Source: Clostridia bacterium (lineage in GTDB: Bacteria > Bacillota > Clostridia > Christensenellales > Borkfalkiaceae). From it: a stretch of 64,000 nt of DNA. The notes beneath the pieces were generated by a model that made no database searches, was not told the DNA's origin, and was given only the letters and a program-made list of their open reading frames with translations. Within the stretch, counting starts at the first letter, position 1; each line of letters starts with the position of its first letter. The stretch lies in NCBI GenBank assembly GCA_900769565.1, contig CAAGHC010000003.1, positions 20,949-84,948 of the forward strand, written 5' to 3'. Below, one piece after another: positions 34,810-45,022 of this stretch. Position numbers and translations under genes: made by a program.

Positions 34810-36153
34810 TTAAATTAAACCTATCATAAGGTTACATGATAAAACGATTAAAACGAGTGCGATAGGATAGGTTGATGCGTAAGCACCTGCAACGTCGTCC
34901 GTACCTGCGGTAGAAATAAGAGTACCGAGTGCGGGCGTAGAAGTCATACCACCGGTAATTGAGCCAAGGTTGTTGAGAAGTGGCATCTTCAACAAGTATT
35001 TAGCAACGAAGAAACCAACTATCATGGGAAAAATTGTCATAACTGCGCCACCGATAAAGCCCCAAGCAACAATACCGATATCGTCACCGATTGCAGAAAC
35101 AAGGTTAACACCACCATCAACACCAGCACCGATAAGGAATAACATAAGTCCTAATTCTTTCAAACTCTTAAGAGTTGCTTCGGGAATTTCTAGAGATAGT
35201 CTACCGATTCTACCAAAGTGTCCGAATACCAAACACATGATAAGTACGCCACCCGTAGTTCCAAGCGAGAACACAGCGCCTGCAAAAAGCGGAATTTTTA
35301 TACCACCTAAAACAAGACCTGCAACTATTGCAAGAGCCAAAGCTGTAAAGCCGAAGTCGTCGCACTTAAAAAGATTTTTCTTTTCCTTTTTCTCTGCGTT
35401 TTCTAAAACTTCAGGTCTTAATAAGCTTCTTTCATAGTTCATGTCTGCTTTAACAAATTTGGGCAATAATTGAACGAACAAAACTACGCCGATAACACCG
35501 AAAGGATATGCAATTGCGTGACCTATGGTAACCATAGTATCTTCCATACCCTTAAGTTTAACGGCTTCGCCTGCTGCCGAATAACCAGGGGTTGAAGTAA
35601 GAGCACCTGATAAAATACCCGACCAGAAATCAGAGCCGTACGGTGATACGAAAGTAAAGATTACTGCTACTGCCGTGCCTGCAAGAATGATTAAAATACC
35701 CATGAAGATATATGTCTTAAAGTTTTTAGCCAAGTCTCTAAAGAATTTAGGACCTGCAATAAAACCAACAGAGCCTACGAACATAACTAAACCTACGTTT
35801 TGAATTACGCTCTTATAAAATTTAGTATTACCTGTACCAGGTTTCAAATTAAGGCTACCTAAAATCGGTGTCGTATCAGGTATCAACGTGCAGAGATAAC
35901 CGAAAAGTATTGCTACTAAAAATACGCCTGCCGTTCCTAAATTAACGCCTTTAATGGTAATTCTACCAAGTAAATATCCAAGTACTGTCACAGCAAATAA
36001 GCCGAATAATAACGAAGATATAGAGAAAATACTATTAACTCCGACATCTGACTTGCTAGCGTTAATGCCACACCATACGCCTATGCCTGCAACTGCGACC
36101 AAAGCAATAGCAATCCAAAGCCACTTAAGACTTTTGCTTTTTTGTTGTTCCAT
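34810..36153 (-). CDS. AAE (aspartate:alanine exchanger / YidE-YbjL-SucE) family transporter
   Basis: Two Asp-Al_Ex repeats (LGRITIKGVNLGTAGVFLVAILFG and GGIKIPLFAGAVFSLGTTGGVLIMCLVFG). No TrkA_C insert. Confidence 0.7.
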   Translation of the reverse strand: MEQQKSKSLKWLWIAIALVAVAGIGVWCGINASKSDVGVNSIFSISSLLFGLFAVTVLGYLLGRITIKGVNLGTAGVFLVAILFGYLCTLIPDTTPILGSLNLKPGTGNTKFYKSVIQNVGLVMFVGSVGFIAGPKFFRDLAKNFKTYIFMGILIILAGTAVAVIFTFVSPYGSDFWSGILSGALTSTPGYSAAGEAVKLKGMEDTMVTIGHAIAYPFGVIGVVLFVQLLPKFVKADMNYERSLLRPEVLENAEKKEKKNLFKCDDFGFTALALAIVAGLVLGGIKIPLFAGAVFSLGTTGGVLIMCLVFGHFGRIGRLSLEIPEATLKSLKELGLMLFLIGAGVDGGVNLVSAIGDDIGIVAWGFIGGAVMTIFPMIVGFFVAKYLLKMPLLNNLGSITGGMTSTPALGTLISTAGTDDVAGAYASTYPIALVLIVLSCNLMIGLI

Positions 36154-36248
36154 TTTTTTACTCCTAAGAAATCTTATTTCATCAAATCCCTTTATCTTTG
36201 CACACTTAAGCCCGTCGACCTCAATCGACGGGCAAAATGGACAAATTA

Positions 36249-37859
36249 TTAAACGTTAGGTTGTTTAGTATAGTTAGGTAATAATTGCGGAGAAAGTTTA
36301 GTGGGTTTTAATCCAGCATCTTCAAGTTCTGCCTTGAATGCATCAACGTGAGCAAGCGTGAGTTCTTTAACTTCAACGCTCTTGCACTTTTCACCTGCGC
36401 TCTTACCTGCGTTTCTACCGAATACGATAATATCGAGAAGTGAGTTACCCATAAGTCTATTTCTGCCGTGGATTCCCCCTACTGCCTCACCTGCTACGAA
36501 CAAGTTTTCAACAGTAGTGCTCATGCCGTCAGCCGATATATCTAAACCACCGTTTTGATAGTGAAGGGTCGGATAAACGAGAATGGGGTCTTTTCTAATA
36601 TCAATACCGTACTTACCAAACATACGGAGCATTGCGGGAATACGCTTTTCAATCGTGCCTTCGCCACCGATAATATCAATCATCGGGGTATCGAGCCATA
36701 CGCCTTCGCCGTCGGTAGTCTTAATACCGTTGTCACGCTTTTTACATTCTCTAATGATAGAAGATGCAGTAACGTCACGGGTTTCAAGCGAGTATACGAA
36801 TGCTTCGCCGTCTTTATTTACGAGTTGTGCGCCGAGTGAACGAACTTTTTCGGTAACGAGAGCACCGAAGATTTGGGTAGGTTCAGCAACGCCCGTGGGG
36901 TGATATTGTAAAGTATCAGCGTAAAGTAATTTTGCGCCTGCTCTATAACCTAATACTAAACCGTCGGCAGTTGCGCCGTAGTGGTTAGAAGTCGGGAAAC
37001 CTTGATAGTGAAGTCTGCCTGCACCACCGGTAGCAATTACAACCGTCTTTGCTCTAGCAATAGAGATTTCCTTGGTTTCCATATTCATAAGAACTGCGCC
37101 TGCACACTTACCTTCGGTATCTTTAATAAGTTCGATAGCAGCGGTGAAGTCTACTACGGGAATACCTCTGTTCAAAACTTCATCACGAAGAGTTCTCATG
37201 ATTTCTGCACCCGAGTAGTCCTTACAAGCGTGCATACGTTTTCTACTAGTACCACCACCGTGGGTAGTAATCATAGTACCGTCTGCTTCTTTATCGAACA
37301 TAACGCCGAGTTCGTTAAGCCATTTAATACAGTCGGGAGCGTCGGTAACGAGCTTGTATAAAAGTTCGTGCTTTGCAGCAAAGTGACCGCCACCAAAAGC
37401 ATCAAGATAGTGAATTGCAGGGCTATCGTTGGGCTTATCTGCAGCTTGAATACCACCTTCTGCCATCATGGTGTTTGCATCACCTATACGAAGTTTGGTT
37501 ACCATCATAACTTTTGCGCCCTTGTTGTCGGCTTCGATTGCTGCAGAAGAACCTGCGCCACCACCACCGATAACTAAAACGTCTACGTCGTAGTCGGGTT
37601 TAGAAAGGTCGATATCCATATCGAGAACCCTTGACTTACCTTGTAAAAGGTCTGCAAGTTCGTGAAGAACTTTACCCCCCTTGTTAGGTCCAACTTTTAA
37701 TTGTTCGTAAGCGCTATCGATATAGTCGGGATGGTTTTCTTTCAAAACCGTTTGTTTTTCGTCAGCAGTCATTCTGCCAAAGAGATTTTCAAGTCTTTTT
37801 GCTCTAGTCGCTTCTACTTTCTTCATAGAAACGAGTTGTTCTTCGGTATATTTATACAT
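36249..37859 (-). CDS. fumarate reductase/succinate dehydrogenase-family flavoprotein (soluble type)
   Basis: VLVIGGGGAGSSAA, QYHPTG and GRNRLMGNSLLDIIVFG motifs. No His at the covalent-FAD position (DANTMMAEGG). ~90-aa N-terminal extension. Confidence 0.8.
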   Translation of the reverse strand: MYKYTEEQLVSMKKVEATRAKRLENLFGRMTADEKQTVLKENHPDYIDSAYEQLKVGPNKGGKVLHELADLLQGKSRVLDMDIDLSKPDYDVDVLVIGGGGAGSSAAIEADNKGAKVMMVTKLRIGDANTMMAEGGIQAADKPNDSPAIHYLDAFGGGHFAAKHELLYKLVTDAPDCIKWLNELGVMFDKEADGTMITTHGGGTSRKRMHACKDYSGAEIMRTLRDEVLNRGIPVVDFTAAIELIKDTEGKCAGAVLMNMETKEISIARAKTVVIATGGAGRLHYQGFPTSNHYGATADGLVLGYRAGAKLLYADTLQYHPTGVAEPTQIFGALVTEKVRSLGAQLVNKDGEAFVYSLETRDVTASSIIRECKKRDNGIKTTDGEGVWLDTPMIDIIGGEGTIEKRIPAMLRMFGKYGIDIRKDPILVYPTLHYQNGGLDISADGMSTTVENLFVAGEAVGGIHGRNRLMGNSLLDIIVFGRNAGKSAGEKCKSVEVKELTLAHVDAFKAELEDAGLKPTKLSPQLLPNYTKQPNV

Positions 37860-37870
37860 ATTCTGCCCCC

Positions 37871-38545
37871 TTATTTCTCAATTTCTCTGTTGTTGTAGAG
37901 TTCTTTCAACTCTTCAACGGGCTTATTCATGAGCGTTTCGATAATATCTTTGTACACGCCTTCGTCAATTTCCTTAACTCTTTCGATAAGGTGCATAGAT
38001 TCGGGTGCTAAATATTTACCGTAAAGTCTTCTAGCAAGTTCTGCTACCTGTGGATGTGAAATACCGGCAGGACAACGAGAAGAACATACACCACACATTA
38101 CGCAGTCAAAAGATTCTTCTGCGCAGTTTGCATAGTCGCCACGTTGAGCGTACGCAATGTATTGCATAACGTTAAGACCTTGAGTACAACTCTTGGTACA
38201 AGCGTTGCAACCGATACAAGCGTAAATTTCGGGGTAAAGTTGCATCATAATTTGTTCGCTGGGCTTAACCTTTTCAATGTCGTAAACTTGTTTTACGAGC
38301 GGGAAGAAGGGAAGCGTTGCAACGTACATATTGTCTTCAACTTTGGTTTGACAAGCAAGACAAGCCTTTAACTCTCTATCACCTTTGATACGGTAAATAG
38401 TCGAGCAAGCACCACAGAAACCGTTACGGCAACCACAACCACGAACGAGTTGATAGCCAGCGTATTCCATTGCTTTCATTATGGTAAGACTTTCGGGAAC
38501 TTCGTATTTTTTGCCAAACAAAAAAACGTTTACTTTCTTTTCCAT
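37871..38545 (-). CDS. iron-sulfur subunit (2Fe-2S plus two 4Fe-4S motifs), FrdB/SdhB-like
   Basis: CGCRNGFCGAC...C, CIGCNACTKSC and CVMCGVCSSRCP. Lies 11 nt upstream of the flavoprotein gene. Confidence 0.7.
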   Translation of the reverse strand: MEKKVNVFLFGKKYEVPESLTIMKAMEYAGYQLVRGCGCRNGFCGACSTIYRIKGDRELKACLACQTKVEDNMYVATLPFFPLVKQVYDIEKVKPSEQIMMQLYPEIYACIGCNACTKSCTQGLNVMQYIAYAQRGDYANCAEESFDCVMCGVCSSRCPAGISHPQVAELARRLYGKYLAPESMHLIERVKEIDEGVYKDIIETLMNKPVEELKELYNNREIEK

Positions 38546-38562
38546 TTTAATTTTTCTCCTTA

Positions 38563-39396
38563 TTAATACTCATCGGGAAGTTGGTCAAGTTGGTCCATTC
38601 TGAACACAGGGCCGTCTTTACATACGTATTTAGAACCTACGTTACAACGACCGCACTTACCTATTCCGCATTTCATTCTCAATTCTAACGTGGTGTAAAC
38701 TTGCTCTTTGTTAAAGCCGAGTTCACCCAAGCCTTGAAGGGTAAATTTAATCATTATCGGCGGACCGCAGAGAACTGCAGTTTTATTCGGTTCAAATCCT
38801 AATTCCTTAACGTAAGTGGGAACGAAACCTACGTGTCCGTCCCAACCTTCTTGTTCACGGTCGATAGTTAAGTGAACGTTTATGCTGGGGTCGGTCATCC
38901 ATTCGTTAATGATTTCCTGATAATGAACAAGGTCTTCTTTACTTCTTGAACCGTAAACGATATCAACCTTGCCGTAATTTTCACGATTGTCCCTAACGTA
39001 GTTGATAACCGAACGAACGGGCGCTAAACCGATACCACCTGCGATAAAGAGCATATCTTTGCCCTTGAACGCCGTTTCTACCGGGAAACCGTTGCCGTAA
39101 GGTCCTCTAACCGTTACTTGTTGACCTACTTCGATACCGTGTATCCATTCGGTAACACAACCGCATTTTTTGATTGAAAATTCAACGTAATCTTTATTCG
39201 TTGGCGACGAAGTGATTGAAAACAACGCTTCGCCTACGCCCGGCATAGAAAGCATTGCGCATTGACCGGGTTTATGGATAAAGGGTTTTTGTCCGTCGAG
39301 CGTCAAAACTCTGAAGGTCTTAACGTCGGGTGTATCCTGTCTTATAGCGGTAACTTCACACACCTGCGGAATTAAAGGTTCTCTTTCGTTATTCAT
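38563..39396 (-). CDS. FAD/NAD(P)H-binding 2Fe-2S oxidoreductase (FlxA / sulfhydrogenase-gamma / AsrB-like)
   Basis: FNR-like fold (FIAGGIGLAPV) with C-terminal CGIGKCGRC...C. Confidence 0.75.
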   Translation of the reverse strand: MNNEREPLIPQVCEVTAIRQDTPDVKTFRVLTLDGQKPFIHKPGQCAMLSMPGVGEALFSITSSPTNKDYVEFSIKKCGCVTEWIHGIEVGQQVTVRGPYGNGFPVETAFKGKDMLFIAGGIGLAPVRSVINYVRDNRENYGKVDIVYGSRSKEDLVHYQEIINEWMTDPSINVHLTIDREQEGWDGHVGFVPTYVKELGFEPNKTAVLCGPPIMIKFTLQGLGELGFNKEQVYTTLELRMKCGIGKCGRCNVGSKYVCKDGPVFRMDQLDQLPDEY

Positions 39397-40420
39397 TCTC
39401 TTTACCTCCGAGAGTTTTCATTACTTTAACGATATTCATAGATATCGGACATTTGCTTAAGCATCTACCGCAACCAACGCAACCGAACAAACCGTCGTTA
39501 TTGGTGGGATAGTAAACTAATTTGTGCATAAATCTTTGACGGAAACGTTCTAATTGAGTTAATCTCGGTTGACCTGCACTCATCTTCGTAAAGTCAGAGT
39601 ACATACAAGAGTCCCAACAACGGAAACGTTGAATACCCGATTTAGTCTTAAAATCCTTAATGTCGTAACATTGACAAGTCGGACATACGAAAGTACAAGT
39701 ACCACAACCAAGGCAAGCCTCTGAAAGAGTTTTCCATTCGGGTGCGTTAAAGAACTTGTCCGTTTTGTCCTTACCGAATTCGCTAGCCTTAACGTCTTTA
39801 AGCGGAAGTTTTGCCATAACCGCTTTGATTTGTTCTTTTTGTTCGTTAACAGCCTTATCGTCACATTCTTCGGTAACGCTTTCAAGTTTTTCCATAAGCG
39901 CTTTACCCTTTTCGGTTTTAGCCGTAAGGTAAATATCGCTTTCGGTCTTATACGCTTCGATATCGCCTGCAGGTGCAGATGCGTCTATATCAAAGGTTTG
40001 ACAGAAACAAGTTTCGGTAGGTCTAGTACAAGCCATGGATACGACAACGCCGTGTTCACGCCTGTTTTTCCAGTAGGTATCTACCGGTTCTGCAAGGAAT
40101 ACTCTATCAAGAACTTCCAAACTCTTAACGTCACAAGCACGAACGCCGAAAACTACGAAATCTTCGCTTTCAGAACGGGTATCGATAACTTCAATCTTCT
40201 TTCCGTCCGTCTTAAATTCCATAAGACTTTCGGTTTGTGGGAAGAAGAAGTCCTTTGCGCTACGGTCGGTCTTTAAAGCGTTTGACATCTTCATTCCGTT
40301 TTCATACTTTGCATATACAGCGCCCTTATCACCGTCAACGGGTATATAAAGTTTTGCACTTTCAGATATTTTAGCAAAGAGTGCGTCTAAATTATTGAGA
40401 GAACATTTACGCATTTTCAT
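39389..40420 (-). CDS. 4Fe-4S protein (FlxB / sulfhydrogenase-beta / AsrA-like)
   Basis: CLGCGTCTFVCPTCQC and CVGCGRCLSKCP. Overlaps both neighbours by 8 and 14 nt. Confidence 0.7.
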   Translation of the reverse strand: MKMRKCSLNNLDALFAKISESAKLYIPVDGDKGAVYAKYENGMKMSNALKTDRSAKDFFFPQTESLMEFKTDGKKIEVIDTRSESEDFVVFGVRACDVKSLEVLDRVFLAEPVDTYWKNRREHGVVVSMACTRPTETCFCQTFDIDASAPAGDIEAYKTESDIYLTAKTEKGKALMEKLESVTEECDDKAVNEQKEQIKAVMAKLPLKDVKASEFGKDKTDKFFNAPEWKTLSEACLGCGTCTFVCPTCQCYDIKDFKTKSGIQRFRCWDSCMYSDFTKMSAGQPRLTQLERFRQRFMHKLVYYPTNNDGLFGCVGCGRCLSKCPISMNIVKVMKTLGGKENE

Positions 40421-41405
40421 TTCCCCCCTTGTTTACTGCATCACTAGGCTCTATATCTTCTTTGGTGTAGTTAACTAGCGGTGCACGACTGCCGATTTCT
40501 TCACCTGCTTGATAATCGCCGTAGAATTCGTTGATGTCTTTTATAAACTTACGGTTAAGTAAGTGTAGTGGAATGTGTTGCGGACAAACCCTTGAACATT
40601 CGCCACAGTCGGTACAACGACCTGCAACGTGGAACGCACGGATAATGTGGAACATCTTTTCTTCAAAACTGTTTGCAGGAGATTTATTTTCCACGCCCGA
40701 GTTGGGGTTGTCAAACACACACTTTTCACAAGTACAAGCGGGACAAACGTCACGACAAGCGTTACAACGGATGCAACGTGAAAGTTCGTTTTGCCAGAAA
40801 GCAAATCTTTCGTCCGCACTCATTTTTTCAAGTTTTTCGACTTCGTCGAAACGGTTGCTATCTAAAACGTCCCCCGTTTCGCCCATAAGTTCGTCGTAAT
40901 AAACGTGTTTTTTGCTCTTACAGTTAACGCAACGTTCTGCTAAAACGTCTTTTTTATCAATGGACTTAACGCCGTCGTAAAGAGTTTCAACCTTGATAGC
41001 GTCGCCATCAGAATTTACCGATACGATACCGTCGCCAACGAGCGCTTTAATCTTGTTTACGTCAACCATACCGTCGCAAGGAATACCTACTGCATAAACC
41101 TTTTCCCTATCAAAACGGTGTTCGGTAAGAAGTTGGTTAAAACTGTAAGTATCGCAAGGCTTTAAGAAAACTAAAACCTTTCCTTCGCCCTTGCGGGTTT
41201 CTTTAACTAAATATTTAGAGAAGTTCGCTCCGCAAAAATCGCCGAAAACGAAATCCTTTTTCATCTCTTCTGCGCTAGTGAAAAGTGCAGGTGTTACGTC
41301 GTAAGAAAATTCACCGATTTTCCAACCGAATACACGGTCAACTTTACCTTCGCTTAATAACGATTGCGCCTTTTCAATAAGCATATCACGGGTTATTTTT
41401 TGCAT
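40407..41405 (-). CDS. 4Fe-4S protein, FrhB/FlxC-like
   Basis: CIRCNACRDVCPACTC and CTDCGECSRVCP. Overlaps both neighbours. Confidence 0.6.
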   Translation of the reverse strand: MQKITRDMLIEKAQSLLSEGKVDRVFGWKIGEFSYDVTPALFTSAEEMKKDFVFGDFCGANFSKYLVKETRKGEGKVLVFLKPCDTYSFNQLLTEHRFDREKVYAVGIPCDGMVDVNKIKALVGDGIVSVNSDGDAIKVETLYDGVKSIDKKDVLAERCVNCKSKKHVYYDELMGETGDVLDSNRFDEVEKLEKMSADERFAFWQNELSRCIRCNACRDVCPACTCEKCVFDNPNSGVENKSPANSFEEKMFHIIRAFHVAGRCTDCGECSRVCPQHIPLHLLNRKFIKDINEFYGDYQAGEEIGSRAPLVNYTKEDIEPSDAVNKGGNENA

Positions 41406-41827
41406 CTCAAATCCTCCAATCTCTTGTTTTCACCAAGTTTGGTTACCGTTTGAACAAAGTCGTTCATGGTAGCTGCAAATTTAGCACCTTCTGCCGCCGA
41501 TACCCATTCTACACGGGTACGTTCTCTTTCAATTCCTAGATAATCGAGCATTGAGAAAAGAAGAGCCATTCTTCTTCTAGTGTAGTAGTTACCAGAAGTA
41601 TAGTGGCAATCCCCAGGGTGGCAACCACAAAGGATAACGCCGTCTGCACCACGTTGGAATGCACGAAGGATAAACATGGGGTTTACCCTACACGAACAAG
41701 GAACACGGATAACTTTTACTTCTGCAGGGTAAGCTAATCTGTTACTACCTGCAAGGTCTGCGCCCGCATACGAGCACCAGTTACAACAAAACGCCACGAT
41801 TTTAGGCTTATATTCGTTTACTTGCAT
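41393..41827 (-). CDS. mvhD: methyl-viologen-reducing hydrogenase delta subunit homolog (MvhD/FlxD)
   Basis: IVAFCCNWCSYAGADLAG...RVPCSCRV...GADGVILCGCHPGDCHY is the FlpD/MvhD signature. Confidence 0.85.
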   Translation of the reverse strand: MQVNEYKPKIVAFCCNWCSYAGADLAGSNRLAYPAEVKVIRVPCSCRVNPMFILRAFQRGADGVILCGCHPGDCHYTSGNYYTRRRMALLFSMLDYLGIERERTRVEWVSAAEGAKFAATMNDFVQTVTKLGENKRLEDLRCKK

Positions 41828-43812
41828 ATTGCGTCAACCTCCGCCATAATCTGTTTGCTTGCAAATCCCTTAAGGTCCATAGCGCCTGAAGGACAAGCAA
41901 CCGTACAACAACCGCAACCTTGACATACCGCTTCGTTAACTTGCGCTACTCTGCGAACAAGCGTTGTTCTGTTCGGGCCACGGAATTCTTTGTCTACGTA
42001 AGTAATTGCACCGTAAGGACATACCTTTTCGCAAGACGAACAACCGTTACACATCAATTCGTCTGATTTAGCAACGCACGGGTTACCCGTAAGTTTGTCT
42101 TTTGCGAGTAGGCCTATTACCTTCGCTGCCGCAGCACCTGCTTGAGATACCGTTTCGGGTATATCTTTAGGTCCTTGACAAGCACCCGAAAGGAATATAC
42201 CCGCCGTCGGGCTTTCTACCGGACGAAGTTTGGGGTGCGCTTCGGTAAAGAAGTCGTTAGTGTCCATACTTGCAGTAAGCATGGTTGCAAGGGGACGTGC
42301 CGATTTATCGGGTTCGATTGCCGCAGCAAGAACTACTAGGTCTGCCTCAATCTTAAGTTGCTTGTTAGCAATAAGGTCAGAGCCCTGAACGATAAGCTTA
42401 TCACCTTCGGGTGAAACCTTACCTACCATACCTTTTATATAATGTACACCGTATTCTTCAACAGCACGACGGTAGAACTCGTCAAAGTTCTTACCGGGCG
42501 TTCTTACGTCGATATAGAATACGTAAACGTCGGTATCAGGATATTTGTCACGGGTAAGCATTGCGTGTTTTGCAGTATACATACAGCAAATCTTCGAGCA
42601 ATATTCCTTACCTTTTTCAGCACACGACGCACAACGTGAACCTACGCATTGTACGAATACGAGCGTGTGGGGGTGCTTGCCGTCCGACGGACGAAGAAGT
42701 TTACCTGCAGTAGGGCCTGCAGCGTTCATTAAACGCTCGAATTCCAAAGAAGTGATTACGTCTTTACTTTGATTATAAGCATATTCGTCAAACTTGTCCA
42801 TGCTTATCGGATTGAAACCGGTAGCGGCAACAATTGCGCCGTACTTTTCTTCAACGTATTCGTCCTTTTGAGTATAGTCGATAGCCTTTGCAGTACATAC
42901 TTTAGAACATACACCGCACTTGCCCGTCTTAAGCATAGTACAATAATCTGCGTCGATAGTTGCAATCTTGGGAACTGCTTGCGCAAAAGGAATATAGATT
43001 GCACGACGATTGTCCATACCAAGGTTAAACTCGTTAGGAACTTTCTTTTGCGGACACTTTTCAGTACAAAGACCGCAACCCGTACAAACGTCTTCCTTTA
43101 CGTAACGAGCCTTTCTCTTAATCTTAACGTCGAAGTTACCTACGAAACCTTTGATTTCTTCAACTTCGCTATAAGAGAAAATTCTAATTTTTTCATGTTG
43201 AGCAACGTCAACCATCTTGGGGGTAAGTATACAAGCCGCACAGTCGAGCGTCGGGAAAGTCTTATCGATTTGAGCCATTTTACCACCGATAGTGGGCTTT
43301 TTCTCAACGATATCAACTTCAAACCCAGCGTCTGCTATATCGAGAGCAGTTTGAATACCTGCGATACCGCCACCGATAACGAGCGCGCGCTTTGTAACGG
43401 GGCTTTCACCGGGGGTAAGGGGTGCGTTAAGGTTAACTTTAGCGATTGCCGTTCTACCTAAAACGATTGCCTTTTCAGTACCTTCAACCATGTCCTTATG
43501 AATCCAAGAACATTGTTCACGAATGTTTGCGATTTCTACCATGTAGGGGTTTAAGCCTGCTGCTTGAGCAGTCTTTCTGAAAGTCGCCTCGTGCATTCTG
43601 GGCGAACAAGAACATACTACGATACCCGTAAGGTTATGTTCTTTGATTGCTTGTTTAATAAGCTCCTGCCCTGCTTGCGAACACATATATTGATAGTTGG
43701 CAGAATGTACTACGCCCGGTTCGTTTCTTAAGGCTTCTGCAACCTTTACAACGTCTACCGTGCCGGCAATATTACTACCGCACCAACATACGAATACTCC
43801 TATTCTCTGCAT
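41818..43812 (-). CDS. hdrA: heterodisulfide reductase subunit A-like flavoprotein
   Basis: 664 aa: ALVIGGGIAGIQTALD FAD motif, thioredoxin-reductase-like core, inserted and C-terminal ferredoxin Cys clusters (CTGCGLCTEKCP, CNGCSSCEKVCP, CQGCGCCTVACP). Confidence 0.9.
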   Translation of the reverse strand: MQRIGVFVCWCGSNIAGTVDVVKVAEALRNEPGVVHSANYQYMCSQAGQELIKQAIKEHNLTGIVVCSCSPRMHEATFRKTAQAAGLNPYMVEIANIREQCSWIHKDMVEGTEKAIVLGRTAIAKVNLNAPLTPGESPVTKRALVIGGGIAGIQTALDIADAGFEVDIVEKKPTIGGKMAQIDKTFPTLDCAACILTPKMVDVAQHEKIRIFSYSEVEEIKGFVGNFDVKIKRKARYVKEDVCTGCGLCTEKCPQKKVPNEFNLGMDNRRAIYIPFAQAVPKIATIDADYCTMLKTGKCGVCSKVCTAKAIDYTQKDEYVEEKYGAIVAATGFNPISMDKFDEYAYNQSKDVITSLEFERLMNAAGPTAGKLLRPSDGKHPHTLVFVQCVGSRCASCAEKGKEYCSKICCMYTAKHAMLTRDKYPDTDVYVFYIDVRTPGKNFDEFYRRAVEEYGVHYIKGMVGKVSPEGDKLIVQGSDLIANKQLKIEADLVVLAAAIEPDKSARPLATMLTASMDTNDFFTEAHPKLRPVESPTAGIFLSGACQGPKDIPETVSQAGAAAAKVIGLLAKDKLTGNPCVAKSDELMCNGCSSCEKVCPYGAITYVDKEFRGPNRTTLVRRVAQVNEAVCQGCGCCTVACPSGAMDLKGFASKQIMAEVDAICK

Positions 43813-43827
43813 TTGTATTCTCCTTTT

Positions 43828-44220
43828 TTACTTTGTATATTTCCTGAACGCACTTACGATTGCTTGTTGGGGCAAATCTTCGTCTAAAAGTTCGGGAACG
43901 TCGTCTGCTTTAAGGTGGTTTTTGTCTTGTTCACGTACTACGCTTAATCTTACTGCCTCAACGAGTTTTGCAGGCTCTACGCCACGGGGACATCTGTCCA
44001 CACAAGCAAAACACGAAAGACAACGATAGAGCGATTTGGACTTTAACAAGGGTTCGATATCCCCCGTTTCTACCATGTACACGAATTGATGGGGATGATA
44101 TTCCATCTCGTCGTATGCAGGGCAAGTACCCGAACATTTTCCGCATTTCATGCACTTTCTCGGATTAACGCCACTGCGACGGATAATTTCATCACAAATT
44201 TTTTGCTTGGAATTTTCCAT
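43828..44220 (-). CDS. hdrC: heterodisulfide reductase subunit C-like
   Basis: 130 aa with CMKCGKCSGTCP and CLSCFACVDRCP. Confidence 0.8.
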   Translation of the reverse strand: MENSKQKICDEIIRRSGVNPRKCMKCGKCSGTCPAYDEMEYHPHQFVYMVETGDIEPLLKSKSLYRCLSCFACVDRCPRGVEPAKLVEAVRLSVVREQDKNHLKADDVPELLDEDLPQQAIVSAFRKYTK

Positions 44221-44226
44221 ACTGTT

Positions 44227-45003
44227 TTACTCCTTTACGCCGAGCGCTTCTGCAAGAAGTTCGGTTATGTAAACCACTTGCACGCCCGTGCCGTTCTTTT
44301 CAAGGTTGTATTTACAAAGCGGACAAGCGGTAACGATAACTTCAGCCCCTTGCGCTTTTGCATTCAAAGAAACTCTACTACTCTTTTCCTTTGCAACCGC
44401 CTTGTCTTCCATGGTCATATATCCGCCACAACATTCGTTACGGAACGCATAATACACGGGTTCAGCACCGAGCGCACGAATTAAATCTTCCATGATGGTC
44501 GGATTTTCCGGGTCGTCCATTGCCATAACTTTGGACGGACGAAGAAGTAAGCATCCGTAGTAAGGTGCTATCTTCTTACCCGTAAGCGGATTTACTACCT
44601 TTTCTTTAATTTTGTCAAAGCCCACTTTGTCACGAAGAAGTTCTAAATAATGTAAAACTTCGGTTTGACCTTCGTAAGGCTCTTCCGCCATGTAGTTGTT
44701 TGCACGCAAAGCAAAATCCTTATCGGTTGCCATTGCGTTGTTCGTTTGCTTAATAACGTTGTGACAAGCAGAACATACCGTCACTAACGCTTGACCTTTT
44801 GCATTAGCTTCCTTAAGCGCACGCACCGAAGATAATTTGGTAGCAATTTCATCACTAGACGTAGTGAATACGCCACCGCAACATTGCCAATTTTCAATTT
44901 CTTCTAACGTAACGCCTAAAACTTCAGCACTCTTTCTTGCATAAAGGTCTAGGTCTTTGGCTTTAGTCTTTAACGTACAGCCGGGAAAATAACTGACTTT
45001 CAT
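44227..45003 (-). CDS. hdrB: heterodisulfide reductase subunit B-like (two CCG domains)
   Basis: YFPGC...WQCCGG...CSAC and YYGC...NECCGG...CPLC. Confidence 0.88.
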   Translation of the reverse strand: MKVSYFPGCTLKTKAKDLDLYARKSAEVLGVTLEEIENWQCCGGVFTTSSDEIATKLSSVRALKEANAKGQALVTVCSACHNVIKQTNNAMATDKDFALRANNYMAEEPYEGQTEVLHYLELLRDKVGFDKIKEKVVNPLTGKKIAPYYGCLLLRPSKVMAMDDPENPTIMEDLIRALGAEPVYYAFRNECCGGYMTMEDKAVAKEKSSRVSLNAKAQGAEVIVTACPLCKYNLEKNGTGVQVVYITELLAEALGVKE

Positions 45004-45022
45004 CTGTTTTTGCTCCTATTTA

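Noticed and set aside
36209-36232. Hairpin GCCCGTCGA...TCGACGGGC as the terminator of the hdr-frd operon
   Set aside because: There is no T-run on the minus strand after the stem. It was therefore not called as a terminator and is only mentioned as a possible partial attenuator.
42769-43461. 230-aa plus-strand ORF, plus several 60-150-aa ORFs antisense to hdrA and the flx, frd and fumC genes
   Set aside because: These are shadow ORFs opposite strongly supported Fe-S/flavoprotein genes. Their translations are low-complexity and they have no RBS.
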